DNA from: Phycisphaerae bacterium | GTDB lineage: Bacteria > Planctomycetota > Phycisphaerae > Phycisphaerales > SM1A02 | Assembly: GCA_002716385.1 (NCBI GenBank) | Contig: PBAX01000002.1 | Coordinates: 68,180 to 132,179 of the forward strand | DNA length: 64,000 bases | Reading direction: 5' to 3' | Shown: positions 41,520 through 50,472 of the stretch, one piece after another | How the letters are laid out: every line of letters begins with the position of its first letter | Position numbering within the stretch: position 1 is the stretch's first letter | Program-made: the position numbers and the translations under genes | Notes under the pieces: generated by a model | Databases searched by the model: none | Told to the model about the DNA's origin: nothing | What the model saw: the letters and a program-made list of their open reading frames with translations, nothing else

Positions 41520-42791
41520 CTACTGATCAGTCGGTCCGGTGCCGGCCTGCGTGCTTTCGAATCTCTGAGGGAAGGTCACCAGGCGGTGGCCATTGTCGTC
41601 ATTGATCGAGAGTTGTCCGAATCCTCCGATCGTGCTTCCGGCTGAGATCACGGGAATACCTCTCTGGTTGTAGAGGTTGAGGGCCCCATCCCGTCTTCCG
41701 CTGGCGATGCCACCGACGAGTACAGGGCTGCCCTGGCCATTGCTGAGATTCAATACGCCACCGTCCTGCGAGGCTGCCATGGCACAGGCACGCTTCCCGT
41801 TGGGTGACATCAACGCCAGCGTGGCGCCACGTTCGGAAAGCGTCTGCATGGTGGCCATGAGGGTGCCCTGGACATCGGAGAGATCGACTCGTCCATTGCC
41901 GGATTCATCCGATCGAATGGAGGCGACCTCCATGCCGTCTCGAGTCGACGCGGTCAGGGTGCCACCGCCATGTTCACGAATCTTCATGTGGGCGCCCATC
42001 TGTCCACCGCTGTTGATCACAGCCATTGTGGGCAGCATGTTCTCGTCTCCGGCATGCATCTTCACGGATCCACTTGGAGCCTTCAGGGTGAAGCTGCTCA
42101 TGTCGGTCGCGCCGATGATCTGGGCCATGTTGCCATCATCGCCGTGCTTCACGGTCATTTCCGATCGCTCGCTGGTCGAGGTCAGAAGGACTCGATCACG
42201 AATTCCCACATAGCCGTAGTCGTCAGCCGTCGAAAGGCTCGTGATCCGGGCGTCCTTGGTGTCGTAGAGCTCGATGGCCGATCCGAGCATGGTGCCACCG
42301 ATCGACGCTCTGAGCTTGTCGTCCTTCTTCAGTTCAAGCATGCCGCCTTCGCCCGAATCATGGACTCTTGCCGATCGTCCGCCATTCTTGTTCCAGATCG
42401 AGAGTTCGCCACCTTGTTCGTTGGCGAAGAGGCCGGCGATGGATCGTCCCTGGCAGTTCCAGAGCGCCATGTCACCGCCATTTGAATTGGCTGACATCCG
42501 CATGACATTGCAGCCTGCAGGGGTCCAGAGATCCAGCCGTCCGCCATCCGCGTCGCCTCCTGCCGCGAGCAGCACGTTCCCCTTGTTGTCTACGATCTCC
42601 ATTCGCTTGGCTCGCACCACATCGATGACGGACATGTCCGCGGCGGCGGCCCCGAGCAGTCCAAGGCCACAGAGCCCTGCCATGCCAAGCCACCGTCTGG
42701 TTCGTCGCAGTGAGCGGCGAGTCGTGGCGAGATTCGATTCGAGTTCCTGAAGTCGTGCTTCGATGGTGTCTTGATTGAGTGGGGTCGTCAT
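41520..42791 (-). CDS. membrane-anchored protein made of about 22-residue Gly-x-L-x-L repeats (unknown function)
   Basis: Short coiled N-terminus, one TM (WLGMAGLCGLGLLGAAAA), then at least 10 repeats such as GGRLDLWTPAGCNVMRMSANSN, GGDMALWNCQGRSIAGLFANEQ, and GGELSIWNKNGGRSARVHDSGE. Confidence 0.55.
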   Translation of the reverse strand: MTTPLNQDTIEARLQELESNLATTRRSLRRTRRWLGMAGLCGLGLLGAAAADMSVIDVVRAKRMEIVDNKGNVLLAAGGDADGGRLDLWTPAGCNVMRMSANSNGGDMALWNCQGRSIAGLFANEQGGELSIWNKNGGRSARVHDSGEGGMLELKKDDKLRASIGGTMLGSAIELYDTKDARITSLSTADDYGYVGIRDRVLLTSTSERSEMTVKHGDDGNMAQIIGATDMSSFTLKAPSGSVKMHAGDENMLPTMAVINSGGQMGAHMKIREHGGGTLTASTRDGMEVASIRSDESGNGRVDLSDVQGTLMATMQTLSERGATLALMSPNGKRACAMAASQDGGVLNLSNGQGSPVLVGGIASGRRDGALNLYNQRGIPVISAGSTIGGFGQLSINDDNGHRLVTFPQRFESTQAGTGPTDQ

Positions 42792-42874
42792 TCGATCGTT
42801 TCCTGAGTTTTCCGAGCGTTCAATCCGCTCATCTTGTCTGCCATTAGTTCAGCCTTCTCGCTTGGTGGGGCTGG

Positions 42875-43741
42875 TCACTTCATGGCGGTGTCGTTCGCCT
42901 GCCCGATGGGGCCATGGGCTGGACGGGCTGCGATGCCGGCCCATGCTCTTGCGTACAGTTCACTTGGTATGGCGAGGTAGCCGGGATAGTCCTTGCGAGC
43001 CTGGCGAACCTCTTCACGGTTGATTTCAACAATGCCGATTGCGTCGGTTGTTTCCAGAAGGATCTTTCCGTTTGGCGCAACGGCGATGGATGGTCCTCCA
43101 ATTAGCACTCCGTCCTCGGGGACAGGTCGATTTACTGAGAGCACGTAGCAGCTGCCGGTGAGGGCGTTGGCCTGAAAGACGGGCTTCCACTTCTCGTAGG
43201 TGGCCAGTTCGGTCGAGCGTGGCCCAAGAATGACCTCGGCGCCCTGTGCCGCCAGAATATGGGTGCCGGCCGGTCGATTGATGTCGCTGCAGATCTGGAT
43301 CCCCATGGGGATGCCGGCGATGTCGAGTGGTCTTGGGACCTCGTTGTCGGCCTGGTAATGATCGGCTTCCCAGAATCCAGGTTCATCCGGAATATGGATC
43401 TTGCTGTAGGTGCTTCGGAGTCGACCTTCGGCATCGATCACAAGCGCCGTGTTCCGGCGAATGCCATCATCTTCACGAATGAGACTGCCACCGACCAGCC
43501 AGATGCCGACGTCGGAGGCGACCTCCTGCTGCATGGTCGATCGAGGCCCGCCGGGGGATTCTGCATCCGAATCAATGGCTTCTCTGGTTGCCGGGCACCA
43601 GCGGTTGCAGCCCAGTTCCGGGAGAACCGCCACCTGGGCGCCGCGGGCCTTGGCTTCGATCAGTCGTTCATGGAGTCGAACCCGCCCATCCTCGTCGTAG
43701 AAGGTCTCGCTGATCAGTGCGATGGAGAGTGTGTCTGTCAT
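42875..43741 (-). CDS. carbon-nitrogen hydrolase (nitrilase superfamily)
   Basis: Glu-Lys-Cys triad contexts VLPELG, YSKIHIP, and GIQICSDI. Start trimmed to MTDTLSIAL. Confidence 0.8.
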   Translation of the reverse strand: MTDTLSIALISETFYDEDGRVRLHERLIEAKARGAQVAVLPELGCNRWCPATREAIDSDAESPGGPRSTMQQEVASDVGIWLVGGSLIREDDGIRRNTALVIDAEGRLRSTYSKIHIPDEPGFWEADHYQADNEVPRPLDIAGIPMGIQICSDINRPAGTHILAAQGAEVILGPRSTELATYEKWKPVFQANALTGSCYVLSVNRPVPEDGVLIGGPSIAVAPNGKILLETTDAIGIVEINREEVRQARKDYPGYLAIPSELYARAWAGIAARPAHGPIGQANDTAMK

Positions 43742-43842
43742 GGAGGAGAGTGTATCCGGACACACTGGTTGAATTGTCCAAACGGCCCCTCGACTTTTCG
43801 TGAGATCCCCAGTTTTCAACCGAATGGGTCCTTGTAAGAGGT

Positions 43843-44586
43843 ATGGCTGAGACTACTCAACATCGAGAATTGAAACGGCTGACATGCCGGTGGCTCAGGG
43901 AACAGGGGTTTCTGGCTGTAGGCATGGAGGTTCAGGATCCCACGGGGCGATTTCGGGTCGATGTCGCCGGATGGACCGATCGGGCGGTTGGGACCAGGGT
44001 CCGGATGAAGCCTCGCAGCGTCCTCGTCGAGTGCAAGCAGAGCAGGAACGACTATTTCAGAAACAGCCGGCAGACGGCGGGGCTTCTGGCCAGGCGAGCG
44101 GCCATTCTGGACCGGCTCTCACGGAGTCAGCCCGAGGCATCGCCCTTGTTCACAAGCGGTCGGCGAGCGCCTCTGAGTCTCTTCGAGTCAGGGACGCTGG
44201 CCGACGATGCCCGAGCCCTCCAGCGACTTCGAGTGGAAATGGCCTCGATCGAACGTCGACTCTTCCGGGGGATCAAGCTCGCGAACATGGCGAGATGGCG
44301 CGGTGCCACCCAGTTCTGGCTGGCTGCGCCGATCGACATGATCTCAACGTCGGAACTGCCCCTTGGTTGGGGCCTGATCGAGGCGTCTCCTCAGGCTCTG
44401 GAAAGCCGTACGCCCGAAGGCATACCGGCATCATCCATATTGAGTTGTCGTCAGGCGGCACCCGATCAAGAGGTCGATGATCGTTCGCTGGATCGGCTTG
44501 TCAGGAACATTGCGGTGGCCAATTCAAGATTCGTGGGAGGTCGGACGGCACCCATGGCTGGACGGTCCAGTTTCTTGGCCGGTTGA
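43843..44586 (+). CDS. PD-(D/E)xK nuclease-fold protein, MmcB-like
   Basis: HRELKRLTCRWLREQGF, FRVDVAGW, and VLVECKQSRNDYF give a D...ExK arrangement. The C-terminal FWLAAPIDMISTSELPLGWGLIE resembles the MmcB family C-terminus (from memory). Confidence 0.45.
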   Translation: MAETTQHRELKRLTCRWLREQGFLAVGMEVQDPTGRFRVDVAGWTDRAVGTRVRMKPRSVLVECKQSRNDYFRNSRQTAGLLARRAAILDRLSRSQPEASPLFTSGRRAPLSLFESGTLADDARALQRLRVEMASIERRLFRGIKLANMARWRGATQFWLAAPIDMISTSELPLGWGLIEASPQALESRTPEGIPASSILSCRQAAPDQEVDDRSLDRLVRNIAVANSRFVGGRTAPMAGRSSFLAG

Positions 44587-44608
44587 ACAGGCATTCCTTG
44601 TTATCGTG

Positions 44609-45304
44609 ATGTGCATGCTTGCAGCCATCTTCGATCTCGACGGAACGCTGGTTGACACCTATGACGCGCACATGAAGTCCTGGCAGGACATCTCCAGAAT
44701 CATCGGTCACGACTTGAAGGAAAGCGAGTTCGCCCGGCAGTTCGGCAGAACGAATGATCCGATCATCCGAGAGCTTTACGAGTGGGCTGGCCGACCTGTG
44801 CCCACGGCTGATGAAATCCACGAGTACGCGGATCGGAAGGAAGCTGATTTTCGCTCCATGGTTCAGGACCATTTTCCCGAGATGCCGGGGGCTACCGCCT
44901 TGCTCGAATCCCTTCATGCGAACAACTGGCGACTGGCAGGGGGCACCTCCGCACCGGTTCCCAACGCGGAATTGTTCCGCGAGAAGCTGGGGTGCGGTCG
45001 ATTGTTCGAGACGATCGTGACCGGCGATGATGTGGAACACGGAAAGCCGGACCCCGAGGTCTTCCTGCTGGCGGCCTCCAGACTCCGGGTCCCTCCCTCA
45101 TCCTGTGTTGTCGTAGAGGATGCCGCTGCTGGCGTGGAGGCGGCACGGCGGGCGGGCATGGCCAGTGTGGGTTTCTGCTCGAAGGGGAGAACTCCTGAGG
45201 AACTCGCCGATGCCGACCTGGTGGTGAGTTCGCTTGAGGCCTTGAGTCCCGAAATCCTGAAGGCGGCTATTGACGAGGCTTCCTGTCGCAATGACGGCGG
45301 TTGA
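44609..45304 (+). CDS. HAD-superfamily hydrolase (beta-phosphoglucomutase-like subfamily IA)
   Basis: AIFDLDGTLVDT (DxDGT), GGTSA, GKPDPEVF, and VVEDAAAGVEAARRAGM. Confidence 0.8.
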   Translation: MCMLAAIFDLDGTLVDTYDAHMKSWQDISRIIGHDLKESEFARQFGRTNDPIIRELYEWAGRPVPTADEIHEYADRKEADFRSMVQDHFPEMPGATALLESLHANNWRLAGGTSAPVPNAELFREKLGCGRLFETIVTGDDVEHGKPDPEVFLLAASRLRVPPSSCVVVEDAAAGVEAARRAGMASVGFCSKGRTPEELADADLVVSSLEALSPEILKAAIDEASCRNDGG

Positions 45305-45323
45305 TTGGCTACACTTTGGCTGC

Positions 45324-45758
45324 ATGGAGAAGGAAGCACTCAAGTCACAGGTCCAGCTCGCAACGACATGGTTTCTGGCTGCCAGGACCATGGCTGTCGC
45401 TGATGGCAATCTACCCAAGGTCAAGGAGACCGTCGCGGGTCTGTATGCCCGCTCGATTCTCGAATTGCCCGAAGAGGCCTGTGTGGCCGCCAAGAATCCC
45501 GAGAACATCTCCAGCCTTCGGATAGAGGACTGTCTCGCCTCGGTTCGGACACTTCCACGCCCGTTGGGCGAGAAGGTCATGACCGGGGTGATGATGATCG
45601 CCTATGCGAACAGGGCCATGCATCCACTGGAAGTGCGATGGGCATCGATGCTCGCCTCCGCGATCGGTCTCGAGGAGAACGATTTTCAGCGTTGCTGTGT
45701 CGATGCGCGCGTCATCGCCACGATGCTGAACCCGTCTGCTGAGGATGAGGCGTCATGA
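45324..45758 (+). CDS. TerB-like helical protein (tentative)
   Basis: Two units resembling TerB repeats: TMAVADGNLPKVKETVAGL and MMIAYANRAMHPLEVRWASMLASAIGLEENDF. Start uncertain (ATG 45291 or 45324). The stop overlaps the next start. Confidence 0.4.
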   Translation: MEKEALKSQVQLATTWFLAARTMAVADGNLPKVKETVAGLYARSILELPEEACVAAKNPENISSLRIEDCLASVRTLPRPLGEKVMTGVMMIAYANRAMHPLEVRWASMLASAIGLEENDFQRCCVDARVIATMLNPSAEDEAS

Positions 45759-46570
45759 GTTCCAGAAACTTCGATTTCATGGAAAACTACGATCGTCGAG
45801 TCGGAAGGCTGGCAGGTCAGGCCGAGCGTTACGTCTACAGCGATCCCGAATCCTGTCTCTTCAAGCTTCGATTGATGGTGGAGACCATGGCTCGCACCCT
45901 GATCGAGTTGCAGGCGCCTCATCTCGTCGATGCCGATCTGAGCACCATGCTCCGTTCGCTGGAGCGATCCCAGATTCTCACTCGGGCCCATGCGGATCAG
46001 ATGCACGCGATTCGGCGTGATGGCAATTCGGCGGTCCATGGGGATCCGACGCCCGGACCCACCGCGATGCGACGGTTGCATGATGCCCATCGCCTCTCGG
46101 GTTGGTACTGCCGGACCGTCAAGCGTGGTGCCAAGGTCAAGCTGCAGGCGTTCGAACCTCCGGTCCGCATCGATGATGAGAAGAAGAAGGGCTACTGGAA
46201 GAAGGGCGAGGCTCTGGAGGAATCCATCGAGCAGCAGCGTCAACGGACTCGCGAGGCATTGATGCTCTTCAGCGAGAAGGAGGACGTCGACAAGATCGCC
46301 GCATCACTGGTGGATGAGCTCAAGGGTTGGGATGAACTCGCGATTGCGGCGGGAGAACCCATGATCGATGCCGAGTTCGTCGCATTGGTGATGGCCATGG
46401 ACATCGAGAAGCTTCTGGAGCATCCACGGTTCGGTGTTCCCAGTAAGGAAGCACATGCGATCGCAGAAGCGCAATACGATGCCTTTCGTCACGAGCTCGA
46501 GTCCAAGGAAGCCAGTTTCAGGGAGCAGCGACGTCAGCTCGCCCTGGGGGAGCAGGAGGCTGGCGAATAG
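45755..46570 (+). CDS. DUF4145 domain protein with charged coiled-coil C-terminal half
   Basis: ERYVYSDPESCLFKLRLMVETMARTLIE...LSTMLRSLERSQILTRAHADQMHAIRRDGNSAVHGD fits the DUF4145 pattern. The C-terminal ~150 aa is E/K/R/Q-rich. Confidence 0.6.
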   Translation: MSSRNFDFMENYDRRVGRLAGQAERYVYSDPESCLFKLRLMVETMARTLIELQAPHLVDADLSTMLRSLERSQILTRAHADQMHAIRRDGNSAVHGDPTPGPTAMRRLHDAHRLSGWYCRTVKRGAKVKLQAFEPPVRIDDEKKKGYWKKGEALEESIEQQRQRTREALMLFSEKEDVDKIAASLVDELKGWDELAIAAGEPMIDAEFVALVMAMDIEKLLEHPRFGVPSKEAHAIAEAQYDAFRHELESKEASFREQRRQLALGEQEAGE

Positions 46571-46623
46571 GCATCCTTCACGATGTTTGATCGACCGAGG
46601 CGCACGATTACGGAATTGATTGC

Positions 46624-47511
46624 ATGTTGATGGTTCATCGATTCAACCTGATTGCCCTGTTGGCCGCCATGCTGTTCATGGCTGGTGGTTGTGCGGTGAA
46701 GCCATCGGGTCGGATCTTCGTCAGTGAGCGTGGTTCCATCGATGGGGAACGCGTCACATTGTGGACGATCGACAATGGCCAGGGCGTCAAGGCGTGCGTC
46801 ATGGACTACGGGGCGACTCTGGTCTCGCTTGAAGTGGATGGCCGTCGTGGCGAGACGAACGATCTCGTCTTCGGCGCAGATGGCTGGCAAGCCGGATTGA
46901 ACGACAACGGGACATCCGGAGCCATCACCGACGGGCATCCCGATTTCGAGCGCAGGGTTTGGGCCGGTACGCCGTTCAATTCCACGGATGGTTTCGGTGT
47001 CCGTTTCCGGCTGACGTCTCCGGCTGGGGAGAGTGGTCGTCCCGGACGAGTGGATGCCGAGGTGGATTATGTTCTCACTGTCGAGGATGAACTCAGGATC
47101 GTCATGAAGGCTACCGCTCAGTCGGCGACGGCCATGGGCATGGCTCATCGAGGCGTCTGGAAGCTGTCGGATCAGGATTCCGTCCTGGTCAATGGGAACC
47201 GGCTCAAGTTCGATTCGAATCCTCCCTCGAATGGGAATGCCAGTGAGTACTTCCTGTACGGGGACGACGCTCCGCTGCATCTGGCGGCTACGGTTCACAA
47301 TGCTTCGGATGATCCGGTGATGAGCGTCTGGACAAACCAGCCTGTTCTTCGCATGGAGACGACTCGAGTCGATGATGCTCTTTCTGCAGTCGAGTTCCAG
47401 ACATTGTCTCTTGCCGCGTTGCCGCATTCGGAAGTGAGGCGTCCTGATGGCCTGCTGGTTCCAGGGGAGTCCTATCGGCACGTGGTCGTGTATCGTCTCG
47501 AGCCGGATTGA
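46624..47511 (+). CDS. aldose 1-epimerase family lipoprotein
   Basis: Lipobox LFMAGGC, then VTLWTIDNGQGVKACVMDYGATLVSLEV and a later HRGVW region, typical of mutarotase-fold proteins. Confidence 0.6.
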   Translation: MLMVHRFNLIALLAAMLFMAGGCAVKPSGRIFVSERGSIDGERVTLWTIDNGQGVKACVMDYGATLVSLEVDGRRGETNDLVFGADGWQAGLNDNGTSGAITDGHPDFERRVWAGTPFNSTDGFGVRFRLTSPAGESGRPGRVDAEVDYVLTVEDELRIVMKATAQSATAMGMAHRGVWKLSDQDSVLVNGNRLKFDSNPPSNGNASEYFLYGDDAPLHLAATVHNASDDPVMSVWTNQPVLRMETTRVDDALSAVEFQTLSLAALPHSEVRRPDGLLVPGESYRHVVVYRLEPD

Positions 47512-47546
47512 TGTTCGGAACGCGGATCACCGTACTTGTTGAAGAA

Positions 47547-47579
47547 GCCCGGATCACCACGGTCTGTGGCAATCCGGGC
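47547..47579. terminator. long interrupted hairpin between convergent genes
   Basis: gcccggat-ca-ccac-ggtct-gtgg-ca-atccgggc, i.e. 8-bp plus 4-bp stems. Located between the aldose epimerase stop (47511) and the stop of the 891-aa gene (47623). Confidence 0.45.
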
Positions 47580-47622
47580 CTCCGGATGATTGGCGATTCG
47601 CTTGTATCAGCGTGTATCGGGT

Positions 47623-50298
47623 TCATCCATTCCAGTTGGCGAGGATGAGTAGAAGGTCGTCGATTCCCGAGTATCCATCGCCATCCACATCGCCGTTGCT
47701 GAATGGTGAACCCTGGCTGTCCCAGTAGTTCAGGATGCTCAGAAGGTCGTTGATGTCCACGACTTCATTTCCGTCGATATCGCCTTCGACACCGATGCAT
47801 ACGGTTGCGGTCGAGGAACGGGTCGTGCCCATCGAGTCCTTGACGCGAGCTTCGATCGTCGCTGTTCGTGCCGAGCGTTCCAGGTCTCTGGAGAACACGT
47901 GGCAGAGCAGGTCGTCGGAAGATTCGAGCACCTTGCCGGTTGTCTGGTCGATCCACTGGATTTGGAACTGGCCATCGAAGGTGTCGACATTGGCCGAGAA
48001 GCAGACGGGTTCGCCAGGGTGGTGGCAGCCCTGTTCGACGTTGTCGATCTGGACATCCACCTTCGGTGCCGGCAGGGCGGCATTGACCACGAGGTGCATG
48101 CCGGTGGGTTCATTATTGCCATCACGGACCGTGCATGACAGACCGTAGCAGGGGAGGATTTGCGCCTGTCGCTGTCCTCGTGTCTCGAGCCAGTAGCCGA
48201 CTTCGATCTGGTCGATCTGGATGTCGGTCATCGGCTGGCGGACGTTGTTGATGAACAACTGGCTGCCGCGGCGGGAGATCTCGTCAAGGAGCGATTCCAC
48301 CGGAATCAGCTGGACTTCCTGGCCGGACTCGAGTGGTGTCCATGCCTGGACGCTCGCCTTGGCAAGTGCGCCATCATGTCCCAGCTCGATGACGGCTTCA
48401 CCACCTGGTCCCCAGGTCGGAAGACCGTCGATCTGTCGACGATAGATCGTGCGAGTTCGAATTGGAATCGAGTCATAGGCAAGATCCTCGTTGCCGTCGA
48501 TCTCCTTCTGGACATCGACATCCATCCAGAGGAAGTCCTCGTGTACCAGGACGCGATCGTCCATGGGGATGCCCAGACTGCCGATGATGGTCGTGGCTTT
48601 TTCACGGGCTTCATCATGTGAGATCAGTCGAGGTGCCATGTTCGATGCGTCGTCGAGATAGAAGGCGCGATCGATGACGTCCAAGGAGCCGTCTTCCTTC
48701 CAGATGCGGACTTCCTGGTCGCCGCTGACGGCGATCATCTCCAGTTCGTCGCCACTGGCGCCGACATCCGCCTGGCAGAGCATCCCGAGACGCTCGCAGA
48801 GGTTGTCGGAAAGCGCGCCGGTGTTCTGTGCGTTCACATCGACGAAGCTGGTGACCCAGGTCGTGATATGAGGTCGGCCGTCATTGTTGGCGGCATTGAG
48901 GAGATCGCGATTGATGCTGACCGTGAGTGCCTCGCCACGGTACTCGATGGCATTCTGAATAGGATTCTGGGCATGATGTCCAGTCAGTTCGTCACGGCTT
49001 CGCGTGCCGTATGACCATCGGGTGTAGGTGGTGTCGTCGGTCGGATCGCTGTTGACGGAGCCTTCGCCCCAGAGATAGTCGGAGCCCATCGCTGTGGTTT
49101 CTCCGATGACCTCGGCGGTCCTGTCGACGTGGCCGTGGGTCTTCTCGGCGGCATAGAACCATGATTCCATGACAGGATAGGCGGAATCGAATGCGCCGCT
49201 GTCGACCATTCGCTTGGCGAAGATCTTTCCGAAGTCATCGACGTCGTACATGTTGGTCTGCCATCCCATGACCAGATGCACGCCGTTCATGGCGGCGGCC
49301 CATCGGCCGTCCTGCTTCATCGTCTGGCAGGCGCTCAGGCCGAGCCATTCCATGTCGTCGTCGCCCCAGCTGTCGTAGGCGTCGCCGGCGCTCATGCGAG
49401 AGTCGTCATGGGTGGAGTTGCTGAAGGTGATGCATCGGGTCGAGTCGCTGTAGTACTCGCCGCTGGACGTGGTGGATCCGTGTCCGGAGAAGAAGACCAG
49501 ATCATGCTCGTCCACATAGCTGTTGTTCGTGCCGCCGTATTCGGTTCTCTTGAAATCCTCTTCCCAGGCGAGACAGTTGCCGTATCCATAAATCGACCAG
49601 TCCGAGGGAAGCTTGTTCGCCAGGCCGGTGGCATCTTCACTTGTGTTTGAAAGCGGGCTGCTGGAGTAGTTCTCCACCCATTCGTAGAAGTAGCTCTTGC
49701 CATCGCCTTCCGTGCGATTGGTGGCATCGGCGTCGGCCTGTTGGAAGGTGGCCCGAGCTTCTGCGATATCGACCAGTTCGGTATCAGAGAGGCCCGCCGG
49801 TGTGATGCGGAGGCCCATGTAGCGACCGGCATCCCCGGTGAAGCGAAGGCCATCGGCGGTCTGGTCGGCACGATCGCTCCAGGTCAGCCATCGGCCGTCT
49901 GTGTTGAGGACCTCGAGAACGGCACCGTTGAGGGTGCCGTCGATCTCCACCTCGTTGATCCAGCGGGGCTGGCCGATGAACTGGATCTCGAGAGAGGCCG
50001 AGCCGTCGGAAGGCAGGGAGACACTCGAGGATTTGTCGTCATCGAGTGCCGACAGTTCGGCGCCGGAAGCGTCGACTGAGCCACGGCTCGATCGAAGACC
50101 GATCCGGCTGAATGCCAGGCGATTGTCCGAAAGGGTCACGGGCGAGTCGGATCGATAGGGGACGTCCGCCCGGCTGCCCATAAGGATGTTCGTCAGGGGT
50201 TTGGATTCGCTGGCGGTCGGGGTCTTGCCCATCGCCAGCATCGCTGGTGATGTCGCGACCACAACGGCACAGAAGGTAGTCAGTTTGCGTGTGTTCAT
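47623..50298 (-). CDS. large secreted multidomain protein (discoidin-like N-domain, putative clan-CD-like peptidase core, Ig-like domain, C-terminal dockerin-like repeats)
   Basis: Signal peptide. DLVFFSGHGS ... MEWLGLSACQ dyad-like motifs. C-terminus GDIDGNEVVDINDLLSILNYW...GDVDGDGYSGIDDLLLILANWNG. Confidence 0.7.
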   Translation of the reverse strand: MNTRKLTTFCAVVVATSPAMLAMGKTPTASESKPLTNILMGSRADVPYRSDSPVTLSDNRLAFSRIGLRSSRGSVDASGAELSALDDDKSSSVSLPSDGSASLEIQFIGQPRWINEVEIDGTLNGAVLEVLNTDGRWLTWSDRADQTADGLRFTGDAGRYMGLRITPAGLSDTELVDIAEARATFQQADADATNRTEGDGKSYFYEWVENYSSSPLSNTSEDATGLANKLPSDWSIYGYGNCLAWEEDFKRTEYGGTNNSYVDEHDLVFFSGHGSTTSSGEYYSDSTRCITFSNSTHDDSRMSAGDAYDSWGDDDMEWLGLSACQTMKQDGRWAAAMNGVHLVMGWQTNMYDVDDFGKIFAKRMVDSGAFDSAYPVMESWFYAAEKTHGHVDRTAEVIGETTAMGSDYLWGEGSVNSDPTDDTTYTRWSYGTRSRDELTGHHAQNPIQNAIEYRGEALTVSINRDLLNAANNDGRPHITTWVTSFVDVNAQNTGALSDNLCERLGMLCQADVGASGDELEMIAVSGDQEVRIWKEDGSLDVIDRAFYLDDASNMAPRLISHDEAREKATTIIGSLGIPMDDRVLVHEDFLWMDVDVQKEIDGNEDLAYDSIPIRTRTIYRRQIDGLPTWGPGGEAVIELGHDGALAKASVQAWTPLESGQEVQLIPVESLLDEISRRGSQLFINNVRQPMTDIQIDQIEVGYWLETRGQRQAQILPCYGLSCTVRDGNNEPTGMHLVVNAALPAPKVDVQIDNVEQGCHHPGEPVCFSANVDTFDGQFQIQWIDQTTGKVLESSDDLLCHVFSRDLERSARTATIEARVKDSMGTTRSSTATVCIGVEGDIDGNEVVDINDLLSILNYWDSQGSPFSNGDVDGDGYSGIDDLLLILANWNG

Positions 50299-50472
50299 TC
50301 CTCGGACTCCAGATTGGTGAGAAAAAAGGGTGTCATATGAAGCAGAAGAGCCTTCAGGGCCTCTGCATCAGGGATGCGAGCCTTCCATGCTCGATCTCAC
50401 ATCTGAGTTGGAAAAAACATGCCCATGCCCGAATCCCGGGCATTTCACGGCTGATGTTCATCTCCGGGCGAA

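Noticed and set aside
46534-47481. 315-aa minus-strand ORF
   Set aside because: Antisense to the aldose 1-epimerase-like gene. Arg/Pro/Ile-rich shadow ORF.
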